From Octopus sinensis (lineage: Eukaryota), in NCBI RefSeq assembly GCF_006345805.1, contig NC_043006.1:12338001-12402000 (forward strand): a stretch of DNA of 64,000 nucleotides. Reading direction: 5' to 3'. Shown here piece after piece: positions 12,834 through 26,868 of this stretch. Position 1 is the stretch's first letter; every line of letters starts with the position of its first letter. Made by a program: the position numbers and the translations under genes. The notes under the pieces were generated by a model. That model was given only the letters and a program-made list of their open reading frames with translations, was not told where the DNA came from and ran no database searches.

Positions 12834-13853
12834 TAGGCTTATCTAGGAGATATCAACGTCCATTATTTCATGCCAGAGGAAATCACGAGTTATATTATTC
12901 CTGGCATTGAGGGTTTGCTTGAATACCAGGCTTCAGTTTTTTATTGCTGAATTCCTGGACAAATTCCATGTCTTCATAACCTTAGAGATTCCAGCAGAAT
13001 TAATACTGCTTATGTGTTGAATTTTATGACGTATTAGCTACAATGCCATATCGCAGTGGTCAGTTTTATGCCTTGCTGACGTTTGTGGGCAATTAGTGTT
13101 GTTATAGATAATATGTTTCTAGCTGATGTGATACAGTGACATCATTTATTGCCTTTCACAGACTTACAACAATTCTTATTTGGTTTTTCCCGTTAGATAT
13201 GCGAATATCTGAGTTCTTGAAGTAAATTATTTATATATGATGTATGTAAAAAGAAACATCCATATGTAAGTATGCATAGCTATGGAAGCATACACGTACA
13301 TACGTAAACATAATGCTTATACACAAACATACACATGCACACACAAACACACACACATATACATATGTATGCTTGTATTATTGTAGTGAATATGTATAAC
13401 GAATAAATTGCTGTTCAGTTGAATAAGAGACTAGATGCACCTATGGATGTTTCCTGACAACGAATACGCACAGAAGGCGTTGAATAAACATTTGTATAAA
13501 TATTACATTATTTTCGTATATACTTATAAAGGCATTTCAAACCTTTCTCTTATAAATATACGCACCCAGATTTATATACATATATACATGTAGGCAAAGA
13601 AATACAGATATACACATATAACATGTATAAAGCCATAAAAGCGCAAACATCCAAACATATAAATATATACATACAAATATCCATACGAACTCGCACACAA
13701 ACACTCACACACACATACACAGGTATGTATGTGTATATGAATGTATGTATGTATGCATATATGCATGTATTTTGTATCTATGCGTGTATGTACGTAAGTA
13801 TTTGTGCATGTATGTACATATATGCAACCGCATATACTTAAATGTACGTATGT

Positions 13854-13899
<46 letters not shown>

Positions 13900-16800
13900 T
13901 TAAATACAAGCATGCAAAAATATACATTCATGCATGCATAATTCCTTATTACTCTCCATACTGGAACATATTTTGCGTCATATTCTGCGACTGGTATATC
14001 AATATTTCTGATACTTCAACTAATGGTAAAATATTTTGGGGCGTTAGCAAATTACGCTCCCTTGATTTAATAATTTTTTTTTCTTTTATAAAGCAAGTCT
14101 GGAAAAAATCATAATATAATTTCATTCGCAGTAAACCTACCTAATCTAATAGCTTCACCGGCGTATAAGAACAACATCAAATAAAAAGAGATAAACAGAA
14201 AATATAAGGACAGTGATATACTACAGTAATATTGATAGAAACGAAGATAAAGTTACTGTTTTGCTGCTGTGATGATAAACTATTGACGTATCTACAAAGA
14301 ATAAACTGAATATGAAAAGTGGATTTCACTATCAACTGATGGCTTCCACGGCAATTTAATGTAATGAACGGTTATAAAGTCGCTATAGTGAGAGTTTAAT
14401 TGCCTAATATTATCAAATGTTGGTTCCAAATGTTTGCCTCTTATTATTTCCAGTAGATAAAGTGATAATGAACCGTTTATTTCATTGGGGGATTTTCACG
14501 AATATAAATAGTTTGTCTTTTTTTTTTCTATCTTTTCTTTTCTGTTTGTGCTTTTGTTTTGCAAATCCTAAATACACCGCACATAAAATGTCGAAAATGT
14601 CGACATTTCAAAAATTATTAAATTCTTCTCTGATTTGATAATTCTGAAACGAAATTTTGCTTTAACACTATTACTCGTTCCAGCTATTTCCATCGATGTT
14701 GTCTGTTGCTGCTTCGATATCGCTATATGATCTGCAAAAAGCGATTATTTGACTTGCTGTCTTTTTACTCAATGTCAGTGGGTAAATTTGAGGAATGGTT
14801 GCTTCCATTTTCGCTTATGCTGAAGTTTATTTAGTAAAGTCATATGGACCTCGTCTAGTTCACGTACTAACCTTTATTTTAGTAGTCAATAACATTTTGA
14901 TAACCAAAATTCAGTTCAAAATGTCTAGATGTATTCTCTGATAAAACGCTTCTAAGCACGAAAACAACTGCAGATGGCCATGGAAAAAGCTTATAGTTAA
15001 ACATTATATCTCAAAATTGTCTCCAAAATCTGGTTATTAACATTGAAGTAGTTTAGTGGGCGGTTCTGATATTTGTTAGATATATTCATATTCAAAATTA
15101 TTCCTTCCAGTCTTCCATTTTTCGTTATGAAATTGTTATCAGCTAGACAAACAATATTCATCTTCTGCAATAATGATTATTAGTATCACGATAAAACTAT
15201 TTTTCGCATTGGAGAGCTCGCGTATAGTATTATCTTTTATTAAACAGAGAATTATGAAAATAAGAAATTATGATTGCTCCAGTAATAAAAATAATGTACA
15301 AATAAATATATACATAAACAAATAAAACATTTTTTAAATATTTAATAAAAGAAGTTTTCAAGGAAATTCTCTCATAAAACTCATGATTTATTTTAAATGA
15401 TTTGGAAAAATTTGACATTATGTTTTCGCTATTCGTTTCCATGAAGCTTTGAAGTATTTTTTAAAAGCTATTTTTAATAATTGGTATAATTTTTGTCATC
15501 ACTACATGCATCAGCTCAGGTATTTCTAACGTTATATTCTTGGCAGTATTGATTTTAATAATGAATAAGCATCATTCATTGGTTGAACTGAAACCGGTGC
15601 AGAGGAATGACCTTTGAGTTTGCTTTAGAAATGCATTTACAAGCCTCTTTCCTGGCTACAGACCATCACAATTCTGGGAGTGAGCGTATAATATCGGCCG
15701 GATTATGTGATAATAATGACATTATCGAGGATCAATACTGCATATACAAAGGTTCCTTTACTTTGGATAAATCTTTCACTTTTGATATTTTCCGACCAAC
15801 GAAGATTCCATGTAAAACATTTGTAGCATAGATGAAAATAGATATTGTTGACTAATACAAAGTTAACGTTCTTGTTCTCATTCTGGGTTTTCGAGGAAAG
15901 GGTATCGATTTTCGCCAAATAGAAACCAGGGAAAGCCAGGTTGATTTTTGTGCAAGGTTGATATAAACCCCTTAGCACTCAACACTGAAATTAAATTTTT
16001 ATTTCTTATAGTATTTTGAACTTCAGTAAGATTGCAGTGATAAAATACAAACAAGGAAGCAAAGAGACAAAAATACTGTCAAGTTATAATATATCTACCT
16101 TAGCAGAGCGCTTCTATTCATGCAATGTAACTGCTAAAGCATTACTCGGAATCGTATTCTATCCGGGGGATGTTAATCTCTTCATATAGGTTTGTTGATC
16201 TTTTACTTTACTAGTAAACCCAAAGACATGAGGTTTCTATGAAATGAAATTAGATTCTTCTCCTTTGCTGGCGAAATGTGTGCTCATATCATCATAAGTC
16301 ACAGACACACACACACACACGCACACATTCATACACACACACGCAAGCTTCAGCAATTTCCTATTAATGTCCCCAGCCACGTACAAGCAAAAGAAAATAC
16401 CCCCACCACATATTTACACATAGATATACAAATATATTCACACAAACATCCATAGATTTCCATTCAAATGCATATTCATACGCACACATATAGACATACA
16501 CGCATGTATTTGTGAGTGTGTGTATGTGTTTATGTGTGTATATATATATATATGTATAATGTATGTACGTATGTATATATGCATGTATGTATATGTGTAT
16601 GTAAATATAAAAAGAATGAGAAGAAATATATGCTAATAGTTATAGATGAAAGAAAGATAATGGATAAATAGAGCCATATAGATCAATCGATTTATACATT
16701 TGATCGAAGCGCCGCCACATTCTTTCAAGCACACATTGAGACTAGTCACATTCACTCCACATATAAAGCATACACACGCTTTCCTCTCGTTTAGATTTGC

Positions 16801-17113
16801 GATGCTAAGAGGAATTTTCTGGTGTTTCACTTATCCAAGAGTTTCATATAGCCTGACGAAGTAGTAGCGCACATCACCGTCTATTTACATACATGGAAGA
16901 TTCCATGCAACACAAAATAATGCAAGATAATGATTTCTTCTATGAGAGAAAAAATACTATAATAGAAGCGCTGTGCTCTGAGCAACGAAAAAGCTTAACG
17001 GTGTTTCAATTCCTAGTAGCTGTTTCACTTCGTTTAAGACACTACAAACGTAAGTGTCCATTCGAATAGCATGAAGTCTAGTGTTTGTTTAACTAAATAT
17101 AAGGACTTTATGT

Positions 17114-17520
17114 CTCTTTTACTTGTTTCAGTCATTTGACTGTGGCCATGCTGAAGCACCAGCCTTTAGTCGAGCAATCGACCCCAGGACTTATTCTTTG
17201 TAAGCCTAGTACTTATTCTATCGGTCTCTTTTGCCGAACTACTAAGTTACGGGGACGTAAACACACCACCATCGGTTGTCAAGCGATGTTGGGGGGACAT
17301 AAACACATACACACACACACACACACACATACACATATATATACATGTACATATATACGATGGGCTTCTTTCAGTTTCCGTCCACCAAATCCACTCACAA
17401 TGCTTTGGTTGGCCCGAGGCTATAGTAGAAGGCACTTGCCCAAGGTACCACGCAGTGGGAATGAACCCGGAACCAAGTGGCTGGTAAGCAAGCTACTTAC
17501 CACACAGCCACTCCTGCGCC
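17114..17520 (-). mobile_element. SINE family B, full length (CORE-like, internal microsatellite)
   Basis: Head ggcgcaggagtggctgtgtggtaag, CORE-like accttgggcaagtg, internal (CA)/(TA) tract, tail gactgaaacaagtaaaagag. Confidence 0.9.
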
Positions 17521-17756
17521 CATTAAATAAAGGATATTAAAACAAAGGATAAACTCAATGGATAAAGGCACATTTTGGTTTAGAGATAGAAATGTTTTAC
17601 GGGTAACCAAACATATTGATTGAAGGAGATTATAGGACACCTCTGTGTAGTCATTCGTTCTTATAGATATTATAACGAAATATCTTTTAAATCACACTTA
17701 AAAACAATAAATAAAAGGAAGGACATATTAAATAAAGCTGTGCCTCTTTTGAAATA

Positions 17757-17940
17757 TTGATTTCAAGATTTGGCACGAGGCCAGCAAGTTCAGGTTAGGG
17801 GGAGAAGTTATTTTATCGATTCCGATGAGACGAAAGGTAATGTCGACCTCGGCGGAATTTAAACTCAGAACCTAAAGTCAGACGATACACTGCTAAGCAG
17901 ATTACCCGGCGTGATAACGATTATGCCGGCTTGTCGTTTT
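17757..17940 (-). mobile_element. Old SINE family A variant
   Basis: gtcgacctcggcggaatttaaactcagaac...cccggcgtgataacga. Confidence 0.7.
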
Positions 17941-18679
17941 CAAATATTAATGGTACTTTCATGTACTAGGGGTACAGACCAGTGTGAAGCTCCTCCTCAG
18001 TCGATCGACTTTCTACAAATAATAACCAATAACAACCAATTCTAAGCCGACACCTTCCATTTCTTTTCCTTGTAAAAATGAAGGGCACCCCGCATACTTT
18101 TGGCCATGGCGAAAACGAATTTCATCATTTGTTTGGTAAGAGCTGTTCGAATGCTTCATCATCATCATCATCATTACCATCCTGCTCATTATCTGTAGCA
18201 GCAGCAGCAACAACGATAGCCGCAACGGCAATAGCAGCAACAGTGGTAGTAGTAACAGCAACAACAATAACGAGAACAACATATTTTATCGATATTGCAC
18301 CAATGAAATATTCAATCTAACCCGGTAAGAAATTTCAACGATGAAATCTGAAATAGTAGACGAGATATCAAAACATTAAAAAAAAGCCTAATCTCTTTAA
18401 TCGTTCATGCCTTTCTCCAAACGATGTTAGTATTTGTGTATTGTATCTAAAAATCAAGGCTCAAATATCTGGCGGAGATCAATTTTACCGCTACTCTACG
18501 TAATTAGAGTGAGACCAACATGCTTTAGGAATGATATAAACTATTGATTCGTCATTTTGCGCACGAAGATCAGAGATTTTATCAGGCAGGAAATATAGTC
18601 GAGTGAATCGACCGCACTGTTTCGTTGATACTTGTTTTATCAATCTTTATATAAATAATGTAAGGAAGTACCACAGTTG

Positions 18680-18900
18680 AGCAAAGGGACAGAATGATAC
18701 GATGGCTTTAGAGGCAACAGAGCCGGCGTCAAGATGGCTGCGATCAGGAAGAGGCAGCGCTACCAGTGGTACTGCTAACTGGGCATAAACTGAAGCTTCA
18801 TCGACTTCGGCTCGGACACTTGGGTCACGGTGAGTGATGCTGATAGATCAAGAACACCTAACGAACCCAGGAAACATTACTGATGATGCTTCCAGGTGCA
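18680..18900 (+). mobile_element. Probable 3' end of a Hero-clade (RLE) non-LTR retrotransposon, decayed
   Basis: ATEPASRWLRSGR resembles the Hero C-terminal AAE.ASRWLW.KR. Downstream gaacacctaacgaacccaggaaacattactgatgatg resembles the Hero 3' UTR as I recall it; not searched. Confidence 0.5.
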
Positions 18901-19002
18901 TGATATGTTGATGTACGGAAAAAGTTAAGTAAAGCATTCAGTGAAGGGATCTTTCATTGCTGCCATCAAACAGTTTCTGTCTGGTACTGAGTAAAGTATA
19001 AA

Positions 19003-19324
19003 GATCCCCCTCGGTCACGAATGGCCGTGGGATTGCACTAAGAAATTTCCCCTCCAAGGAACAAGTTCGGTCAAGGTTGTTTATGGAAGATCAGTAATCG
19101 CCCAAACGTGCCAGCTTCACCTCTCCACGCCACTGACGTTATCCAAGGGAAAGGCAAAGGGGCCGATACAGCTTCGCATCAGTGATGTCGCAACCCACTT
19201 CTACAGATGAGTGAATTGGAGCAACGTGAAATAAAGTGTCTTGCACAAGAACACAACCCACAACCCGGTTCGGGAATCGAACGCATTGCCTCACACTTGT
19301 GAGCACGACGTTCTAACAACTGAG
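19003..19324 (-). mobile_element. SINE H1 (family-D-like head plus tail H)
   Basis: Head and CORE-like part match family D (ggagcaacgtgaaat..caagaacacaac); 3' part matches 56821-57010. Confidence 0.8.
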
Positions 19325-20086
19325 TGTATTACAATATTAATATTATATAAAAAATATATTAGCTTTTATCACGTAATATGATATAATGTAATATGTTATG
19401 GTTAACTGTGGTTGACTCATACTTAATGCCTCCCATTCGCAGAATAAAACCTGTTTTTAGCCACGTTGGCCAGCGGTAGATCTAGAGAAGTAGTAACTGA
19501 AAATGAAAGTATAACATCAAGCAGCAACGGAAACTGAAAACACCAACCTCGGAAAATGTGGTGCAAGTGAATCCAGTCAGAGAGTCTTACGCAATGCTAA
19601 TATATCTTGTATGATAATAACCGATATAAATGTTGGTTGGTTGGTTGGTTGGTTAGTTGGTTGGTTGGTTGGTTGATTGTTTGATTGATCTAAACACGCT
19701 TTAGGTCATATATAGGGAGGAGCGAGAGAGAGAGAGAAAAGACAGTGAAAGAGAGGCATAGAAAGAGATAGTATAAGAGATGCAGAATGACTGCTCATAT
19801 GTGGCTTGTTGGCTGGCAGTGAGTAAAGAGTCGCTTAACACACACACAAATACACAAAGAGAGAGAGAGAGAGAGAGTAAGGGAGAAAGAGGGGGAGAAT
19901 AATAGAGACTTAGAAGGATGCGAGGAACTAAATAAATGAGATATAACTTACATAAATGAGATACATGAAGGAAAAATTAGTTTTGATCAATTATATTTTA
20001 AAGAAATACTCCTTTTGAAAATTAGCATACATTTCATCGTATTGCATAAGCACAAAGGAATGTGATAAAAGCTGAGATATTATTCA

Positions 20087-20484
20087 ATTTCTTTATTGCC
20101 CACAACTGGCTAAGCACAGAGGGGACAAACAAAGGGATTAAGTCGATTGCATCGACCCCAGTGCTTAACTGGTACTTATTTTACCGACCCCGAAAGGATG
20201 AAAGGTAAAGTCTACCACGGCGAGATTTGAACTCAGAACGTAACAACAGACGAAATACCTATTTCTTTATTACCCACAAGGAGCTAAACATAGAGGGGGC
20301 AAACAAAGACAGACATAGGTATTAAGTCGATTACATCGACCCCAGTGCGTAACTGGTACTTAATTTATCGACCCCGAAAGGATGAAAGGTAAAGTCGACC
20401 ACGGCGAGATTTGAACTCCGAACGTAACAACAGACGAAATGCCGCTAAGCATTTCGTCCGGCGTGCTAACCTTTCTGCCAGTTC
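20087..20484 (-). mobile_element. SINE family A internal dimer
   Basis: One head plus two copies of the ~175-bp body; junction cgaaatacctatttctttat at 20251-20270. Confidence 0.9.
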
Positions 20485-21403
20485 TATTATTGAATGCATA
20501 CCCTACCTCCGGATATTACCCGCGTTAGCAAAAGCGTACTTCCAAAGTTACCCGTCATATGACAGTTAATACTCAAGCGACGAAATAATATATGACGGGT
20601 AATGTAGCATGATATGCTATATAACACATTCTGATATGTTATAGGTGTAATATATCTTGGAGTATAATCTATATATGTTAATGTTAAAGCAATGATATAG
20701 TGTGTGTTTGCGTGTATACTGTATGAGTGTGTGTGTATGTATGTGTGTGTGTGTGTTTGTTTATACTGTCTTCTCTGATATAACATTACTTGTTATCTTC
20801 TAGCCATAATCGTTCTATATTCCTGTTATATCTGCTGTATCATGTCAGCAATTTCCTGGTGTGATTCATGTTGTTTGATCACTGTGAACATAATAAAATT
20901 TCGTTATTGATATGTGTACGTGTGTGTGTGAGCCAGTGTGTTTGCGTGTGTAGATCTCTATGTGTGCGCGGGTTTCTGGGCATGCGTTCGTCTGTATGCG
21001 CTTTTGACTGTGTCTGTGTGTGTCTGTGTGTGTGTGAGTACTTTTGCATGTAAAGGCGAGTGTGTATATTTGTGTACGGGTGTATAAATTAATTATTGAC
21101 AGTACGAGTCTACATCAAAATAAAGTAGGATATGAAAGGGATCATAGCACACAGCGAGAAACCGACTAAACGAATCCACATCGAAGGAAACAGAGAGCGC
21201 CTACACTTAGTCAATCGAGCCGCTAGAAATACCAGCCAAATCTTCTTTAAATTAAACCAGATTGTTTTAATAAGAGAGTTTCACATTTTATAATTTAGTC
21301 ATTGGTATGTAATACCGACAGAAGATAACATAGCCACAGCTAGACCGTTTGCTCAGCCAGGGTTACACAACTGGGTTGCACAACAACATAGCTGTTTAGT
21401 AGT

Positions 21404-21439
<36 letters not shown>

Positions 21440-21558
21440 CGACGGGCTTCTCTCAGTTTCCGTCTACCAGATCCATTCGCAACGTATTGATGGCACTACA
21501 GTAGAGGAACCCTAGGAACCGTAGGTTGGGAAGCAAGCTTCTTACCACACAACCACGC

Positions 21559-21589
<31 letters not shown>

Positions 21590-21590
21590 T

Positions 21591-22036
21591 CTCTTATCAT
21601 TTACTTGTTTCAGTTGACTGCGGCCATGCTGGAGCAGCGCCTACAGTCGAACAAATCGATCCTAGGACTTATTCTTTGGAAACCTGGTATTTATTCTATC
21701 GGTCATTTTTGCCGAACCGCTAATTATGGGGACGTAAACACACCACCATCGGTTGTGAAGCGATGTTGGGGTACAAGCACAGACACACAAACATATACAC
21801 ACATACATCATATATATATATTATATAATATATATATACTATATATATATATACATATATACGACGGGCTTCTTTCAGTTTCCGTCTGCCAAATCCACCC
21901 ACAAGGCCTTGGTCGGCCCGAGGCTACGGTAGAAGACACTTTCCCAAGGTGCCACGCAATGGGACTGAACCCGGAACCATGTGGCTGGTAAGTAAGCTAC
22001 TTACCACACACACACACACACACACACTCGTGCACC
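21591..22036 (-). mobile_element. SINE family B, full length (partial head copy at 21440-21560)
   Basis: Matches 17114-17520, with an expanded internal (TA)n. Confidence 0.85.
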
Positions 22037-22174
22037 TATGTATGTCTTTTTAGGAACAGTGGACCTCGAAGCACACATAAAACTATAATTATTAGCATTT
22101 ATAATGGAAAATGCCGAAAGTTTATAAATTCTTATGACGTCAATAATATATATAGATATATAGATATATATGTT

Positions 22175-22205
<31 letters not shown>

Positions 22206-22847
22206 TGTGTGTGTGTGTGTGTGTGTATTAGTATGAATCAGTGACGCAATATACAACACACCGCAGGCAATGAGGCTCTCCAGTATACGATCGTATACCT
22301 AATTAGCAAGGATTTGGAAGACAGAACATAAAACCTAAAATACAGTTTGTGGCTAGCAACTGAAATATTGGAGCTTCGATTCTTATTACGATTTAATTAC
22401 AAGTGACATCTTCTTGCAGGATCCCCTACAGTTTATTTGACTTACGGAATATTACATTCTGACGTGGTCATGCTGGAGCTGAAGAAGAACGCGATGATAT
22501 ACATATATAGTAATCATCCATTTGATGTCTTTAACAAACATTGTAAGCCACCCGAGGAATGACACGGTTGTAGAGATGCATGCTTTTGATACGTTGCAAT
22601 GCGGTTTCGATTCCTATTTGAGCTCTTTCACAGACATCTGTCCTCTTGTGATTTTGTTTCTTTGAGGTTGAGGTGGTTGCTACCTCCCGTTACAATGTAT
22701 ATCTTCTTGGGATGACAAAATCGAAACAGGAAACCTAGTTTTCTCATACACAATAGCATCTCATTTATCTTTATAATAATCATGCATTCACTTGAAATTA
22801 ATCCACACGTGAATGCAATGTACTTTTATCTCGAGATATATACATGC

Positions 22848-22887
<40 letters not shown>

Positions 22888-23019
22888 GCACATCTATTAA
22901 TGAACATACAGACACACACACATATCTATAATCACACATACATACATATACATACACACACATACACGCACATCTGTTAACATACAGACACACAAATATA
23001 TATCTTTATTCCTACATAC

Positions 23020-23054
<35 letters not shown>

Positions 23055-23084
23055 GCGAGAAAGAAGCAACAAGAATGGATAGGT

Positions 23085-23175
23085 TTTTAGTACGATCGTT
23101 TCATACAAGGACAGGTTTTATTAAAAGTTGCAAAGATTACAGCATATAAACGAGTCCCGTACTCATCAGCTAAAA
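23085..23175 (-). ncRNA. Type-I hammerhead ribozyme, canonical core
   Basis: Reverse complement of 23368-23459. Confidence 0.8.
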
Positions 23176-23367
23176 TACATGTGAGATCTCTAGACATCCT
23201 AGTGTTTGAGGCTATACTCATGAAGTAATGTAGATAATTAACATAAACAGATTTCTAAAGTTCATTGAAGAACTTTAATGAACTTTAGAAATCTGTTTAT
23301 GTTAATTATCTACATTACTTCATGAGTATAGCCTCAAACACTAGGATGTCTAGAGATCTCACATGTA

Positions 23368-23459
23368 TTTTAGCTGATGAGTACGGGACTCGTTTATATG
23401 CTGTAATCTTTGCAACTTTTTAATAAAACCTGTCCTTGTATGAAACGATCGTACTAAAA
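23368..23459 (+). ncRNA. Type-I hammerhead ribozyme, canonical core, long stem II loop
   Basis: UUUUAG-CUGAUGA(23374-23380)-GUACGGGAC...GUCCUUGUAU-GAAA(23442-23445)-CGAUCG-UA|CUAAAA: 6-bp stem I, palindromic stem III ACGAUCGU, GUA triplet, cleavage after 23453. Confidence 0.85.
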
Positions 23460-23708
23460 ACCTATCCATTCTTGTTGCTTCTTTCTCGCTTATAATCACC
23501 CCACATTACTGTATTGTTAAATCAGTATAGTTTTTTTTTGGTGCATCTAAGTTAGTACCATATTCAAGTAAATTCATTTAATTAACTGAATCTTTATTGC
23601 TCTTTGTATATATATATATATACAGACACACTCACACAATATATATTATATTCCTACATACATACACTATATATATATATATATTATATATATAATATAT
23701 ATATATCT

Positions 23709-23772
<64 letters not shown>

Positions 23773-24011
23773 TATATATATAATATATATATATATATAA
23801 TATATATATATATATAAATACAGACACACTCACACATATCTATCTATATAAGGATACATATGTCCATATAATTCACAAACAACACATACACACCTCTATT
23901 AATATACACACAGACACACACACATATCTATAATCACACATACATTGACATACACACACATACATGCACATCTCTTAACATACAGATACATACATATATA
24001 TCTATAATCCT

Positions 24012-24044
<33 letters not shown>

Positions 24045-24208
24045 CACACACACTCACACATATCTATATAAGGATATATATATCCATATAAATTCACAAA
24101 CACACACTCACACATATAAACACAATCACGCACACACACCTACACGGATACACGCACGCACGCACACATATATGCTTTGTGCTTTTTGTTTTAGAATATA
24201 AGTGTATA

Positions 24209-24345
24209 GGCACAGGCGTGGCTGTGTGGTAAGAAGCATGCTTCTCAACCATATTGTTCCAGGTTCAGTCCCACTGCTTGACACCTTGGGCAGACCAAAG
24301 CCTTGTGAGTAGATTTGGTAGACGGAAACTGAAGGAAGTCCGTCG

Positions 24346-24398
<53 letters not shown>

Positions 24399-24400
24399 AT

Positions 24401-24441
<41 letters not shown>

Positions 24442-24548
24442 TGTGTTTGAGTTTCTCTGTTTGTTCCCCCACAATCGTTTGACAACCGATGTTGGTATGC
24501 TAAGGTCCCCGTAACTTAGCCGCTCGGCTGTTCCAGCATGGCAGCAGT

Positions 24549-24552
<4 letters not shown>
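24209..24552 (+). mobile_element. SINE family B with internal deletions
   Basis: Head ggcacaggcgtggctgtgtggtaag, internal (TA)/(TG), tail remnant. Confidence 0.8.
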
Positions 24553-24627
<75 letters not shown>

Positions 24628-24639
24628 GTATATATATAT

Positions 24640-24792
24640 GCGATGGGCTTCTTTCAGTTTCCGTCTACCAAATCCACTAACAAAGCTTTGGTCGGCCCGA
24701 AGCTTTAGTAGAAGACACTTGACTAAGATGCCACAGAATGGGACTTAACCCGGAACCATGTGGTTGGTAAGCGAGCTATTTACCACACAGCT
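24640..24792 (-). mobile_element. 5' half of SINE family B
   Basis: cgatgggcttctttcagtttccgtctacc...accacacagc. Confidence 0.8.
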
Positions 24793-25206
24793 GCATGTAA
24801 TATTTTATATCATCTAAGTAATAACCTCATAACGTGCATTTCAAAGCTCTTACAATGGTACCGGCTACCATGTGCCATCATACAGCAGGATCACTCCTTT
24901 TACTGGATATGCATGTGGAACGCCGTTAGTGTATGCAGAGATTTTTATAAAAATATATAAAACAAAAAGATGGATTGAGCAAGGTTTAAACACACACACC
25001 ATGTATTTTGCAACGTCTCAAACAAGACAGCGGTGATAACTCCTACTCTAGGCACAACATTTAGGTTGTCGATTACATATACCCTAGTGGTCAACTGGCA
25101 CTTATTTTATCGACGACGAAGTATGAAAAGCAAAGCCGACTTCGGCGGGAATTGAACTCGAAACGAAAGGCCTTAGATGTAAGATAATTATAATTATTTT
25201 AAATAA

Positions 25207-25512
25207 GGCGGTGAGCTGGTAGAAACGTTAGCACGACGGGCGAAATGCGTAGCCGTATTTCGTGTCTTTGCGTTCTGAGTTCAAATTCCGCTGAGGCCGA
25301 CTTTGTCTTTCATCCTTTCGGGGTCGATAAATTAAGTACCAGTTACGCACTGGTGTCGATATAATCGACTTAATCCTTGTGTCTGTCCTTGTTTGTCCTC
25401 TCTGTGTTTAGCCACTTGAGGGTAGTAAAGAAATTGGTATTTCGTCTGCCGCTATGTTCTGAGTTCAAATTCTGCCGAGGTCGATTTTGCCTTACATTCT
25501 TCGGCGTTGATT
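25207..25512 (+). mobile_element. SINE family A (1.5-mer)
   Basis: Head, body and partial second body. Confidence 0.85.
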
Positions 25513-26085
25513 AAACATAGAAGGAACAAACAAGGACAGACAAAGGTATTAAGTTGATCACATCGACTCCAGTGCATAACTGGTACTTATTTAATCGACC
25601 CCGAAAGGATAAAAGACAAAGTCGACCGTGGCTGAATTTCAGCTCAGAACTCAAACACAGACGAAGTACCTATTTCTTTACTACACACAAGGGACTAAAC
25701 ACAGAGAGGACAAACAAAGACAGACAAACGGATTAAGTTGAATATATCGACCCCAGTGCGTAACTGGTACTTATTTAATCGACCCCGGAAGGATGAAAGG
25801 TAAAATCGACCTGGGCGGAATTTGAACTCAGAACGTAGCGGCAGACGAAATACCTATTTCTTTATTATCCACAAGGGGCTAAACACAGAGGGGACAAACA
25901 AGGACAGGCATAGGTATTAAGTCGATTACATCGACCCCAATGCGTAACTGGTACTTAATTTATCGACCCCGAAAGGATGAAAGGCAAAGTTGACCTCGGC
26001 GGAATTTGAACTCACAACGTAACGCAGACGAAATACCGCTAAGCATTTCCCCCCGGTGTGCTAACGATTCTGCCAACTCGCCGCC
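25512..26085 (-). mobile_element. SINE family A internal trimer
   Basis: One head at 26085 and three bodies, with junctions at about 25665 and 25850. Confidence 0.9.
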
Positions 26086-26837
26086 TTAAGATGATAATAT
26101 TAATAATAATAATGAAAATAATGTTATTAATATTTCAAATAAACATCAGAAAACACCAAACCAATAAGTTTTTCTTTCTGTCAAGGGAGGCAACTATAGA
26201 ATGTAGCAACGAACATATTTCACTAGAAATTTATAAACTTTTAAAATTTCAATAACATCATCATGAATTAATCGCATTATAAATTAAATACATGTATTTA
26301 TGAATATATTTGCTTATAGCCCTCTTTGAATCAAATACAGACGCTAAAAAGCTTCTCAAACTGTTATTTAAGAATAATAAAGATATCCTTGTGTGGTATG
26401 TGTAAAAATCGGTATAGCACATTTATGTAGCTATGATACTCAACTGAAACAATACAATGCAGGTAGAAAACTAATTAACTAAAATTTAAAACAATATAAC
26501 GATTTTATATCGTATCATCTAATATTTGAGAAAAGTGACGTGTCAAAAGTTATGATGTATAATGTAAGGGAAACAACTCTTACTGTAAATATTCATTATA
26601 AATTGAAATGGTGAAATTTGTGTTGGTTAATGATAGCTGATAGCTATGTAATTATTTATTATAAACAATAATGTATTTGTTAATTGTAGTCAATTAGAAC
26701 AAACCATTTACACAAGCTGTCGTTAAATGTTCTAATGCTCTCAGCACCAAGTTATACAAAATTTGCGATAGAGAAAGAAACCTTTTTCCTAGATTGAAAG
26801 CAGCGTTACAAATTCGTGACTATCATTATGAGAAAAG

Positions 26838-26868
<31 letters not shown>

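Larger units (their letters stand above)
23055..23606. mobile_element. Young fold-back PLE-like element: 435-bp near-perfect palindrome plus tail
   Basis: Arms 23055-23270 and 23273-23489 differ by about one mismatch and a 1-nt indel, with a 2-nt loop. Tail at 23490-23606; (TA)n on both sides. Confidence 0.9.

Noticed and set aside
25512-26085. Regularly spaced repeats suggestive of a CRISPR array
   Set aside because: Whole ~175-bp units repeat with no unique spacers; this is a eukaryotic SINE concatemer.
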